Shown piece after piece: positions 37,606 to 49,066 of a stretch of DNA of 64,000 nucleotides. The stretch comes from Paecilomyces variotii (Eukaryota): assembly GCA_004022145.1 (NCBI GenBank), contig RCNU01000007.1, one strand, 5' to 3'. Each line of letters starts with the position of its first letter. Position 1 is the first letter of the stretch. The translations under genes and the position numbers were made by a program. The notes below the pieces were generated by a model, which was given only the letters and a program-made list of their open reading frames with translations, was not told the origin of the DNA and made no database searches.

Positions 37606-37634
37606 GTCACGTGTCGCCGCGCGTCGGGACGCGT
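37606..37634 (+). promoter_or_regulatory. E-box (GTCACGTG) plus MCB-type ACGCGT/CGCG elements upstream of Psf3
   Basis: GTCACGTG at 37606, CGCGCGT at 37618 and ACGCGT at 37629, about 110 bp before the ATG of a DNA replication gene. Confidence 0.55.
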
Positions 37635-37739
37635 TCGATTGACGAACTTGAAAAGATATAGTAATGCGTACAGTTGAGGGCACTTACTAGACAAAGTCTA
37701 TGACTTTACCTAGATACCTCTGAAATTGTTCTATTGAAT

Positions 37740-38607
37740 ATGACGTACTACGACGTGGACGCCATCTTGACCGATGCGCAGGTGAGTCCTCAGGCGTGAT
37801 ATCGGAGGTCATCAATGGCACATGGGCTAAGTCATCATCCAGAAACTTCCCTGTACTTTTGAGCTGGAAGTACCTGGTCTAGGCATTCTAGACGGTAACG
37901 CAGGTGAAAATGTATGTACATATCAGAGCTAGCTCTATCTGAATGATTATCGATCATTGAGCTAAAGATGAAGTAGATCAAAGCCGGCACCCGAGTAGAT
38001 CTGCCACTATGGCTCGGAGAGATGCTTTCTATAGGGTACGTCGTTTGGTCCTCTTCTTCTATATGGGGACACGTTTTCTAAATATCATTCAAAAGCGCCC
38101 ACCTAGGAACTTCGCGTCTCGTCACTCTTGACTTGCCCTCCGCGTTGTCAGAACGAGTGATGAACGCGCTGAAAGCCGATCCACGTACGGTTGATTTGCG
38201 GACTCTAGCACCGCACTTTTACAGCCTGGGTGTACGGATCCTGGAGCTCTTTGAAGAAGAGGAGATGGTCGACATCCTTACAGATGTAAGTCTCCTTGCA
38301 GGCTTTGCCTCGATCGAACTAACTATGGTTTGCTGGTAGACATTCAAGAAACGCGCCGCAGAAATCGCAGACCACGCGCATAACCCGCGGGGAGCGCTTG
38401 GTGAAGGAGCTGAATTTCTTAGGGGTTTGGATGAGACTGAACGACAATGTAGGTTTTCCATTCGATCTGGTTCCTCAACCAGACTATCTACCAGTCGATT
38501 TCGATATCGTCTGTCTAACTAACCACTTACTATGGACAGTATTCCGCATTGCTCACGACAGTGCAAAGGAGATGCGAGTATGGTCTGGAGAAGCCAAGAA
38601 GAGATGA
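37740..38607 (+). CDS. PSF3: GINS complex subunit Psf3, about 6 exons
   Basis: MTYYDVDAILTDAQ|KLPCTFELEVPGLG, DLPLWL, NALKADPRTVDLR...APHFY, FLRGLDETER; several short GT-AG introns. Confidence 0.92.
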
Positions 38608-39329
38608 CGATGAAATGGACTGAATTGGCTACTTATTGGTATATCGGTAGGTTTGAGCCGGACTCGCACCGAATACGCTACGCAGATAAGATACGGACGG
38701 ACACCAGATTAGCAAGGTTACTTATGATACATGCAAAGGCGGAAAGCGTCACTATCAAAGGAGTTTTTCGGACAGAGAATCCAGTTGGGGAAATATTTTT
38801 TACATGAAACCATCGCGAAGATACAATTCGATCGTCTTTCTTCTGTACAACCGTAAATATTTAAAGTGGTTAGCGAAAAGTGAATATTCTGGACTTTCTA
38901 ATACTATTCAGAATACTATCATCACACAGATAACGAACACAAAAGGCTCACATCCCATCCTCCCCTTCATCTGGGAGAGCCGTGAAGGTGCCAGGAAAAC
39001 CACCCTTCTCACTTTCGCATTTAGTCAGGAAGAGCTTATCTATCTATCTCTTTCGCCTTTGAAGATCCAAATCCACCAGGGCTCCAGGAAGAGTTCGACC
39101 AGGGAGCTTTGGGTGATCGAGTAGCTAGACCTGGATATCTAACTAATCTGCCACTTTTGCTCCCTGTTGAAGGAGTGAACTTCCATTGTGATACAAATCG
39201 CCGGGAGGAGGGGGCGTCCTGTGTATTTTTGTTGATATAACAGGATATACCGATCTTGACCCGGCTTATTTAATGCTCAGCTATCCGGTATTGGCGGGGA
39301 TAGATACAATCGCGTCTGTAATGCCTCGA

Positions 39330-40060
39330 TGATATCCTTAGATGGCTACTTAGTAGTTCGTTATATTCTCTATTCTACGCTAACTGCATGTAGGGGACTT
39401 CTTCATTTCTTTTTATACACAATACAACTACTTAGTAGCAGTAAGATAGATTAAAGCTAGTCTGAAAAGTTCCGTTTTCTGTAGTCCTTAAACAGAGATC
39501 TTTATCTTGAAGTCCATATATGATCCGATAAACTATGAGCTCGGAGGTCTATTATAGAGATCGATATCTCACTGAGGATCCTCAGGAGCATATAGGACTA
39601 AAGTTATAGACTCATTGCAGAATATAGACTTCTTACCTAAGCTAGAGTGTAATCCAAGACCACATAGAAGAGGAATCCCCTTTAGAAGAAAAACATTCTA
39701 TCAGGACTTAAAAGAAGCGTAGAATACGCTGTTTTCTTTCTTTTAGTGTGTCTAAGAAATTTAAATTTACTCGAGAGTAACCTTATATATAGGCACAGTA
39801 CCTAAATAGGGTTCTAGTAGACTCTAAGCGGCATAGTTGATTCTATTAAGATGAATAGAAAAATCGGAACTATTTAATCTTAAGAGAAGCCGATAGGATT
39901 TATAAGAGCCTAGGTATCTAAAGGCTAAACAGGAGAAGGAAAAGGCCCTTAAGGGGCTTTATAACTTAGTATCAAAGTTAAGTTTAGTACCTAGGTAGAA
40001 AATTTCGAGCTAGTAATAGGATTTAAACCCGTGGCCTTTAGTATTTCAAAAGCAGCTCCC
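39330..40060. mobile_element. AT/TpA-rich degenerate relic, possibly a RIP-mutated repeat or transposon fragment
   Basis: Visibly rich in TA/CTA/TAG and poor in CA/TG; stop-riddled coding-like stretch (EPRYLKAKQEKEKALKGLYNLVSKL); no terminal repeats identified. Confidence 0.35.
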
Positions 40061-40132
40061 CAATTGCTTTTATCCTATCTATCAGAGGAGTGCCTGGTAG
40101 TGCCTCTTACTACCATTGCGCCGCCCATCGGC

Positions 40133-40141
40133 AAAAAAAAA
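40133..40141 (-). terminator. Pol III oligo-T terminator of tRNA-Leu
   Basis: T9 on the minus strand about 5 nt after the tRNA 3' end. Confidence 0.8.
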
Positions 40142-40146
40142 TTATT

Positions 40147-40249
40147 TGACAAGGGTGGGATTCGAACCCACGCCATTTTCATGACACGGAATGTGATGGA
40201 TCAGGTGAAAACCTGAACCGTGCGCCTTAGACCACTCGGCCACCTTGCC
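40147..40249 (-). tRNA. tRNA-Leu(CAG) with a ~21-nt intron
   Basis: GGCAAGG acceptor stem pairs with CCTTGTC; D-arm GCCGAGTGGTCTAAGGC; anticodon stem CACGG/CCGTG with TT-CAG-G loop then intron; long variable arm; T-arm GTGGGTTCGAATCCCAC. Confidence 0.96.
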
Positions 40250-42968
40250 TGTTTGATGGGAGATGGAAAAGAAAAGGCGGGGGCTCGCATTATGAACTTG
40301 CATCGTCTATTATTGTAGGTCAATAATCACTTACAGACGAATGAGATAATTCCTGTTTACAGTCGGATATATTTTTGATTGTATCGAGCTGGATATAGTC
40401 TTTACTTCCTGATAAGGTAATAGAAAGGGTACGTTAAACTATCTACGGGATTGCTAGTTGTTTGTTTTAAATCTACTAGGATTTAAGTAAGGGGCGTCGA
40501 AATCCGGATTGACATCAAAACTGAACAAAGAAGGTAGTTAATAAATGCTGGTAAGCTGATCGATCCTCTCGGATTCGGGGATCTGCCATGAGAAAAAAAA
40601 AAAAGCGTTCTGATATATCATCTGTGCAGATGAGCGCTAAGCGCAAACAAAGCTGAATTCTGTCATAGAAGAAGGATCACAATGTTCGTTTGAGTATAGC
40701 AATGAATGCAATGCAATATACTGATGTAGCATATGGATTTTACACCTCCAGATACCGCTTCTATCCCCAATATCTATCTAATAAAAAACCTCAGTTCTAC
40801 CGTGAGCGACAGAGGGATATTCCGTCTTCGAAAACCCTCTGTGGACAGGACATCTATTTCAGGATGGATGCATATTTCTCCGCACCGCACACAAATACAA
40901 AAGTAATTATCAATTAGCCGACAAGTGTTAGAGATATCTGCTCTTTGAGACTAATACTAGAATATGTCAAGCGTATTTCTACGCGCTAAATCATTGAAAT
41001 AGAAATCGGGCATTTTTGTAGCGAATTATCGAACACACCGCTTAGACTATGCGGACAAGCCGTGGCCAATGACCAGTGCACACTTCTGCCGCCGACAACA
41101 GTGAGAAAAGTGCTAGCAACATCATCAATTCTCTTGAAGTCGGGTGGGCCGGATAGCTAGTACTAGTATCCGCGGTTACAAGCAATTATTGTAGCAGGAT
41201 GGAGCAAAGTGGGACAGGACTAAGTACCATAAATAATAATAATAGGGATTTGTGTGTTTTTGTTGTTTCTTCAACACCACTGCCAGAAACCTGAAACATG
41301 GCCTGACATGGATAGTCTTTTGTCCGTATTTCCTGAGGGAGCTGGTCCACAGTAACTGCCATACTCTTCCCTTCCGACAGATGCCGCTCTTCGGATGACC
41401 TTCATCGCACAGACAATGTATGTGGAAGCGTCAGTTGACGGAGGAGCAGCGTGGCGCTGACCAGAGAGGATTTGGACAGAGACAGAAGCGGCACTACGGT
41501 TGAGATAGCGGTAGGAACTCCACTGGCGTCAACCCCGCTGCGGCAAAGTACATCGCTAGATCGGCACAGCTACTGCTGTCGACCATGGCCAAAGATAGAC
41601 AGCACCAGCTCCGTCGAGGATATCATTGCCGGTTCGAATTCCTCAAGCCAGCCCGTCCAATGGCCAGTTAATAACATTGAGCACCGTTACGGCCCCGGAG
41701 GCTGGCTGTTTGTCGTGAACAGACCAGGTTGCGCCACCGAGGCCATCACCGCCTTTGTTCGCATGAATTTCATGACGACTAGCGCGCACCGGATCGACGA
41801 GCATCTTATCGATTGCGGGCAGGCAGAGGTCCTGGCTCCCCGCGATGTATCGGCTGGACTGAGTAGTGTGGCGCACTTACACTGCAGCTAGAAGGGGGGA
41901 AAACAACAACAGAGAAAACACTGCCTGTGTGTTTCTGACAGGTTCAATTGAGTGAAAGAATAAGCGCATGATCTGGGGATGATTGTCAGATCCTGCAGCC
42001 GGAGTGAGTTGAGATAATAGAGGAATAATAAATATAGGAATAGATACCCGTAGGTGGCCGTGAACGGGAAGAAGCAGCGGACTAAAGCACCCCTGAAAAT
42101 CCAGCAGCCGCAAGGGGCAGCGCCGTGGGCATCTCTCCGATTGGTTTGTCGCTAGGAGTTGGCTTTCAGTTGAGACAGTAGTCACTTAGTCTACAATTCA
42201 ATCGTCAAGGATGGTCGAGAACACCAGATCGCTACTCTAGAGTAGAGTATCTAACTGATCGCTTTGACCTTATCGCTGCCGCAGATGATTATTGTCCGAA
42301 AGCTCCAGTCGCCCTATCCGGTCGTAAGTTAACTTAGCTGCTGCGCGTGTTGGGGAAAAAAAAAAAGGACGTGTAAGTTAGTTGGAGGAATCCTTTTCCT
42401 GTCGTTCTCGCTCTCTCTCTCCCTCTCTCTTCACCCCTTGGAACGTTTCCGTCCGCAGCCATTAACTTACTTATTATTCTTATCCAGAACATTGACTCGT
42501 CACAGCCCCGTTCCATGGACCTCACTTGCTTCCCATCCCTCATAATCGTTCCCGTCCAACCTCTCGGGCTTCTTCCAAGTTCTGCTTGGCCCGTTCGCCC
42601 TGATCCGGCATCCACACACAAAAGATTGCCCCCTGCGCACTGCAACCCGGTTACTTAGCTAGCTGCAGGCGTGCAAAAAAGTCCCTATCACCGTTCTTAC
42701 CTCCATTCTAGTTATCCCTTTCCAATTCCCCCCTCGCATCTTGCATCTTGCATCTTGCACGCGATCTTCGGCCACAACGGTCTACTCGCCAATCCACGTT
42801 GCAAGAATACCGGTCGTTGACCCCGATGAGGTGGTAGCGTCCTTCTCGAATCGCAGTGTAGGCGTGGTCTGTTCCACTTGGTTGCTCCGGCTGTTCTTCC
42901 GCATCGTCTAACGAGCCACAACAGACTTCAGTAGAACCAGCCCTGGAGTCCAAGAGGGATGGATCGAG

Positions 42969-45900
42969 ATGACCGTAGGCGTGGTTCGGCCACGCTGCAG
43001 ATGGCCGCGCAGTCACCGTTGCGGCATTCAATATATTCCAATGCCTCCTCTCCGGCCACCAGGATCTCTTCGTCCAAGTATCGTTCTCAATGTCAGTCTC
43101 CGGCCCAGAAGAGCGGCTCACCATGGAGAGCATGACATGGCTCACCATAGATGATTCAGATACAGATGACAGCTCCTACGACACCACCCAGTCGCCCTCC
43201 CGCTCTCGCTTCCACCGCAGGGCGGGCACGCATACGCCGCCACCGAATCTGAATACCGGTATGTTCCTGCACTCCGTGTCTCTCACGATGTGATTCTACG
43301 GATCGACAATTGACCTGTTGTACAGAGCCGGGGAGATTCTCGCGCGAGCAGTCCCCATTGACAACGACCCGGCCAGGCACACCGTCGCGCTTCGATTCCA
43401 GTACGTTTTCCATCTCTTCCTCTATATCTATCTATCTACCCACCATCGGAAACTGATGCCCCTTCCTCCTACAGAGTCCTCCGATGTCCCAGCGTCCCCT
43501 CTGGTCAATCCGACCTCTGCACTGCTACAGGGTCTGATCAAGGAGCAACGAGCCTCGCGCGGATCCTCTCGACGTGCAGTCTCCGAAATTGCTGATGATA
43601 TCCCAACCGTCACACCGCCGTCCACCCGGTCCCATGAAGATTCACAGTCAGAGAAACAAAGGAAGGTGAACAGTGCCCTGTCCGCAGGGCTGAGACAGCC
43701 ACGGGAGATGGGTTTCAGAGAAATGGACCAGGTTAGTACCGACTATCAATGCGCCGTGTTCCCAACCATCTAACGACTTTCTCCTATAGTATATCTCAAA
43801 AATAAACAAGCTTAACTTCGATCTCAAACTCGAGGTCTTCCATCGTACACAGCAAGTTGCTGCTCTGGACAAGAAGCTAGAACGCATGCAGGAACTGGAA
43901 GAGGAACTCGAGCGCATGCATGGCCTGGAGGATGAGCTGCAGGAGCTCCGTGGCGTAGAGGAACACAACCAACGACTACGAGACTCCAACGAGCAGCTTC
44001 GACTGGAGCTGGACAAACGCGACCATGCTGTCACGGAGGCGGTCGAACTCATCTGCCAACTTGAAGCGAGAATTGAAGAACTGGAGGGCGGACGACACGA
44101 GTCGCGGCCGTCGACTGCTCGACCCTCCAGCGACGAGGACTGCAAAGACCGCGAGCCCGCAACCCCGCAAATCTCTACGCCCAAAGCGCAGATGATCGTG
44201 GATATACCGGAGAGAAGTTCGTCCAAACGAGGCACGCGGGTCCGTCAGCTACAGAAAGACAGTTTTGAGAGCATATACCCAAGGAGAGCACCCTCCTTCC
44301 TCCGCGATGAGACCAAGAGTGCTAGTGCATTGCGAAGCCTGTACGCCGGCAATGAGACCAAGTCTCACCGTGCGCCTAGCATTATGACGAGATCCGAGAG
44401 CTGGCAGTCCAGTTATCAACCCAGCGAACCTGACTCGCCTCGCTTGAGTGCTCTCAGTGAGTGCAGCGATCTCAAGCCGGAAGACGACAGTGCCATCAAG
44501 AATGACGGATTTGATGAATTGGACCTCGCTCCTGAGCCGACGGCTGGTAAGGCCAAGCTTCCAGATAGTTTCCGCTCGACTGGCGAGGATGAGGAAAGCA
44601 AGATTGCCCGCATCAACCGCTGGATCCCGCCACGTCCAGATGTTTTCCAAGCCCCGGCATCTAGAACCAGAAACCGGGCAGTGTCCGATGTTTCCTGGAT
44701 GCGGTCGGGCTTGGAGAACCAGACCGGAGCCAAAGGCGAGCCTCAATCATCGGATTCTAACCATTTGGACGTTGCCGTCTTCGGCAGTGGAAGGCTTCCG
44801 CCCACACCAGATACCATGAGCACCTCATACGCGGGCATGAGAAACAGCTCCAACGGCAGCATTGTTGCTGAGAAGAGTCGCGTTGACCAGGCTCCGCTGT
44901 ACCTGCGGCGGAAGCTACACCGTCCATCGTCCGCGGGCGACATAGCGCTGCGGCCGAGTACTGCCACCACTGGCATATCAGACAGTATGGAGACTTCATT
45001 GAGCGAGATATCCCAACGTGGATTAACCGTCCGTACGCGAGATGACTATCCCACCATGCTGCCGTTCTTTGGTCAAGGCACTTCCAAGGTCCACCGCCTA
45101 CTTGGTCCGGGCAGTCCTACGAACCCGCGACTCGCCCGTTACGGTGGTGATCTCATGTTCAACGGAGAAGGCATCGAGGAGGTAACCAGAGAGTCTGAGG
45201 ACTACACGCCGTCGCTGCAGTCCGCTGCGTCTGAGCTTACCTCAACGCAATACGGACCTCCCTCGTCGCCTCCGCTAACGCCTGACGATTGGATGGAGGC
45301 CGCTAAACATGGCCCGCGCTCTCGAAAGGAGGACTCTCGGAGAAGTAGCCAAGAGACGACAGAAGTGATGGAGCCTACTCTGGATCCTGACTTTCTCCCT
45401 CCTACCCCGGAACACCGTGCAGGTTTCTTGACTAGCAAGCCCGCAGCTGAGGAGCCCCAGCTCCCCCGTAACTCGCTCCGCCTGCGCGGATGGGGAAGCA
45501 GCCCTGTTCAGTCCGAATCTCAGACGCGGCGACGGATCAGCTTGCGTCCGCCATTCTTCAACCGCCTTAGGTCGAACTCGAAGAGCCTTCAGCAGTCGCC
45601 AATGTCTGATCCCGTCGAGCAGGAAGATCTGGATGACGGGGCTCCGTCTCCTATAGTGCCCAAAGCACGAGGCCCAAACGGCGCAAAGCGCTCGCACACC
45701 GTCCAGGATACCGCCGGCGGCCCGACAGCTCGCGTTGAAGAAGCCAGCAGGGAACTTACCAACAAGATTCTGGCGCGGCATTTTACCGAAGCGGACCGTC
45801 CCTCGACCTCGCACGGTGCGGAGTATAACAACAAGCGCCGGAGCTCGATAGGGCTCTTTGGGTGGATGAAAGGAAAGGACTCTCAGCCCAGCTCGCCCGT

Positions 45901-46132
45901 GACTCCTGGGCGGACCTCGAGAGCCAGAGATCGATCTTCCTCGGTGTTTTCTTCACGTCCGCCCTCGGTCCTTACGACCTCGGGCATGGAGCCCGCCAGC
46001 ATAGCGAATAACGAGACAATATCATCCGCCAAAGCCAAGCGTATCTCTTCTGGTGAAGTAGACCTGCCAGGGCGAGCCAGATACGTTGAGCGTCGAGCTC
46101 GAAAGATGGCAGAACAGATCAACAGGACTTGA
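42969..46132 (+). CDS. Centrosomin N-terminal motif 1 (CM1/Cnn_1N) protein with short coiled coil and long disordered tail, about 5 exons; start at 42969 or 43041 uncertain
   Basis: Spliced MGFREMDQ|YISKINKLNFDLKLEVFHR is a CM1 signature; phase-consistent introns at ~43078-43150, ~43259-43325, ~43401-43473 and ~43732-43789. Confidence 0.8.
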
Positions 46133-47656
46133 ACTGCATACATAACCTTGTTGACACTCAAACATTGCCCACGATCTGCGGCAATTTCGATTCTTCTTTT
46201 CTATTCATGTACATGAATTTCCTTTTTGATGACGAACATATTTATGGGCCAGGATAGATCATGGCAAGATGACTGCAACGGCCATGTGATTTCTTTGCAT
46301 CGGTAGTCTCGCCTTCTGGAGACATCACATCACGACTTCTTTTCTCACGAGGACCGGATCCGACACTCGACGCAGTCCTCCGGGGAATTTCGACCTACGC
46401 GACTGATTATCTTCTATACGATCTATCTTATACGACTTGCGTGATGCGTTTCTTTTTGACAGTCCCTTGTTCTGCGAATTATGTCTGAGTACACTTGCTT
46501 TTTCATGACGAATGTTGCGGAAACGGAATCCTTGACGGCTATGATGCTTCCCCCAAAAGACACGGTGGCAATCTCTTGCTTTTTTTTCTTATTGTTTCAT
46601 CATGACCTGTATCTGTCACTCACTCACCATTTCCTATCTTGGTTATTTTTTTTCTTTCTCGTGTATGTTCTGGACGGAGACGGCAGAAGGCTTGCTTCCT
46701 CCGGTGCTGGGTTGAGAGAAAAAGGGGGGTGTCGAATCGAATGACTTGATGACCTTGAACTTTGTCACTCTCTATCCTTGTTTTCCTTTTACTTATTTTT
46801 CCTATGTACTTTCTATGTACCTATAACCAACCAAAGCTGACTCTGGATATGTCCGACATGAGGTCGTATGACTGACAGGCTCTTGTGATGAATACTATCA
46901 ACGTTCTAAATATTTAGTTATCCTCCCCTATATAAAGCAGAGTATCTATCGTATTATATATACGACGTAAGTAATGTAGATGAAGTAAAATGGAGTATAG
47001 TCTCTCTACAGCCCTTTCTTCTAAAGTACACTTAAAAAATAGATTTATCAGCTCAAGAAAAACACAATATGATACAATAATAATAATATGATATGACGTC
47101 CTAGTAGTACCTATATCTTGACCAACTATATACCATACCATTCTAGGAAATTCGCACCATACATCCGAATGTCCGAGGTCGCAACTCTCTCCCCCTACTT
47201 ACCCCACCCTACCTGCTTCGCGGATACAGAAGACGGACGAGTCGGATGGAATGGATGTGGTGGAGAATGCATCTGCGTGTTATTGGGAGGGGCTGGGGGG
47301 TGTATGTATGTACAATAGTGGGGAACGCACGTTGCTTTGTTGGTTGCGTTGCTCGAGAATGTTCTTGGGGGTTCGTCCACGGCTGTTGCGTTTCGTCTGC
47401 ATGAGGTGGGTGTTGGATGGATCTTCAAAGTGTACTATCGAATTATATTATTATGTACCATGATATACTATTATTTTTATACTTCCTGGAACAGATTTGA
47501 AAGATAGTTATCATATCTATAAAGAAATAGCTTGACTAAATCGATCGACAGAACTACTAGTAGATTACACTGCTCAAAATCAAAGACGTCAAGCCGATGA
47601 ATATACCGACGCTATTAATGAAAGCTGATGGGCGGCCAATGTTGGGATCGACCCGT

Positions 47657-48673
47657 TTAAGCGCCGAAGCGCTTCTCAGCCGCCTTCCAGTTGATGACCT
47701 CCCAGATGGCCTTGAAGTACTCGGCCTTGCGGTTCTGGTACTGAAGGCTGTAGGAGAACCATTGTTAGCAATTGCTTGCTTCATGCGATGCAAATCGGGG
47801 TAAACTTACTAGTAGGCGTGCTCCCAGGCGTCAACACCGAGCAGAGGAGCGAACTGGCCGACAACAGGGTCCTGGTTCTGTAGGGAACAGTTAGCATCCA
47901 AGTTCCACCGCAGCGAAAAAAAAAAGGTGGGTGCACATACAGCGTAGGTCTTGATGCCAATCTGGCCAGTGGTCTTGTCCTTGACAAGCCAGGCCCAGCC
48001 GCTTCCCTGGATACCAGCCAGAGCGGCGTTGAACTTCTCCTTGAAGGAGTCGAGGCTGCCGTAGGTCTCGTTGATGGCCTTGCTCAGGTTGCCCGAAGGA
48101 GGCTCACCACCGCCGGCGCTCTTGGGGGCCAGGTTCTCCCAGAAGAGGCTGTGGTTGAGGTGGCCACCACCGTTGAAGTTGATCAGGGGCTTCAGGGCGA
48201 TCTGAGCAGCAACGTCACCCTGGTGCTGGGCCTCCTGGAGCTTCTCGACGGCGGTGTTGTAGCCGTTGACATAGTTGTTGTGGTGCGCCTTGTGGTGCAG
48301 CTCCATGATCTTACCGGAGATGGCAGGCTCCAGAGCACCGTAGTCATCTGAATCCTGGTCAGCATGTCCTTGTGTACAGCAGTACAGGGCGATCGAGGCT
48401 CAATGGGGACCGGGTCCAGATTCGAGGATCCCGCATTAATAAACTGCCGTCCCGGATTGGAGAGTACCGGATTGCAACGGCAGGACAGCCCAAGCTGATA
48501 TACGGGATGGATGGACGTAAATAACGGACACAGGGCAACATACAGCTCAGATCAGGGAGGGTAGCCTTGGTGCGGACGAAGCTGGTGCCCGCGAGACCAG
48601 CAGTGCGAGCAGCCGAAGCTCCGGCGCGCAGAGCAGTGCGGGCAGTAGAGGGACGGAAGAGAGAGGCAGCCAT
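47657..48673 (-). CDS. SOD2: Mitochondrial manganese superoxide dismutase, 4 exons
   Basis: Presequence MAASLFRPSTAR; LPDL.YDYGALEP, HHKAHHNNYV, FNGGGHLNHSLFW, QGSGWAW, DAWEHAYYLQY.N. Confidence 0.97.
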
Positions 48674-49066
48674 GGTGGATGGAATGATGGGAGTCTGTTC
48701 GGGAGAGTTGTATCGCTGTTGTAGATAGATGGGCGAATGGATACAAGTCCAATTGAGAGAAAAGAAGAGGGAGAGGAGAATCGGACGGCGGATCGAAGGG
48801 AGCAGAAGAAGCAGAGAAGAAGAAGCAGTGAGATAACTCAACTTACATAACTAAACAAACGTCATCGGCCTCGGCCCCTCGGGAGTAGAGTTTTTCCGGG
48901 CGAAGCTCTAGTTTATCATTATTATTGTATCTCGAGCCAAAGCTCATCTCCATCCCCCCTACCACGCCACGATTATTGTCGGCGGCTTAACAACTGCTGC
49001 GCAGCACCAGATGGCTGTCGATCGCATCCGCTGAAAAGCACCCGGCAGTCTCTGCTTTCGCACATC

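Noticed and set aside
41451-41891. 146-aa GTG-started ORF and overlapping antisense ORFs
   Set aside because: Non-ATG start, no recognisable domain or consistent exon structure.
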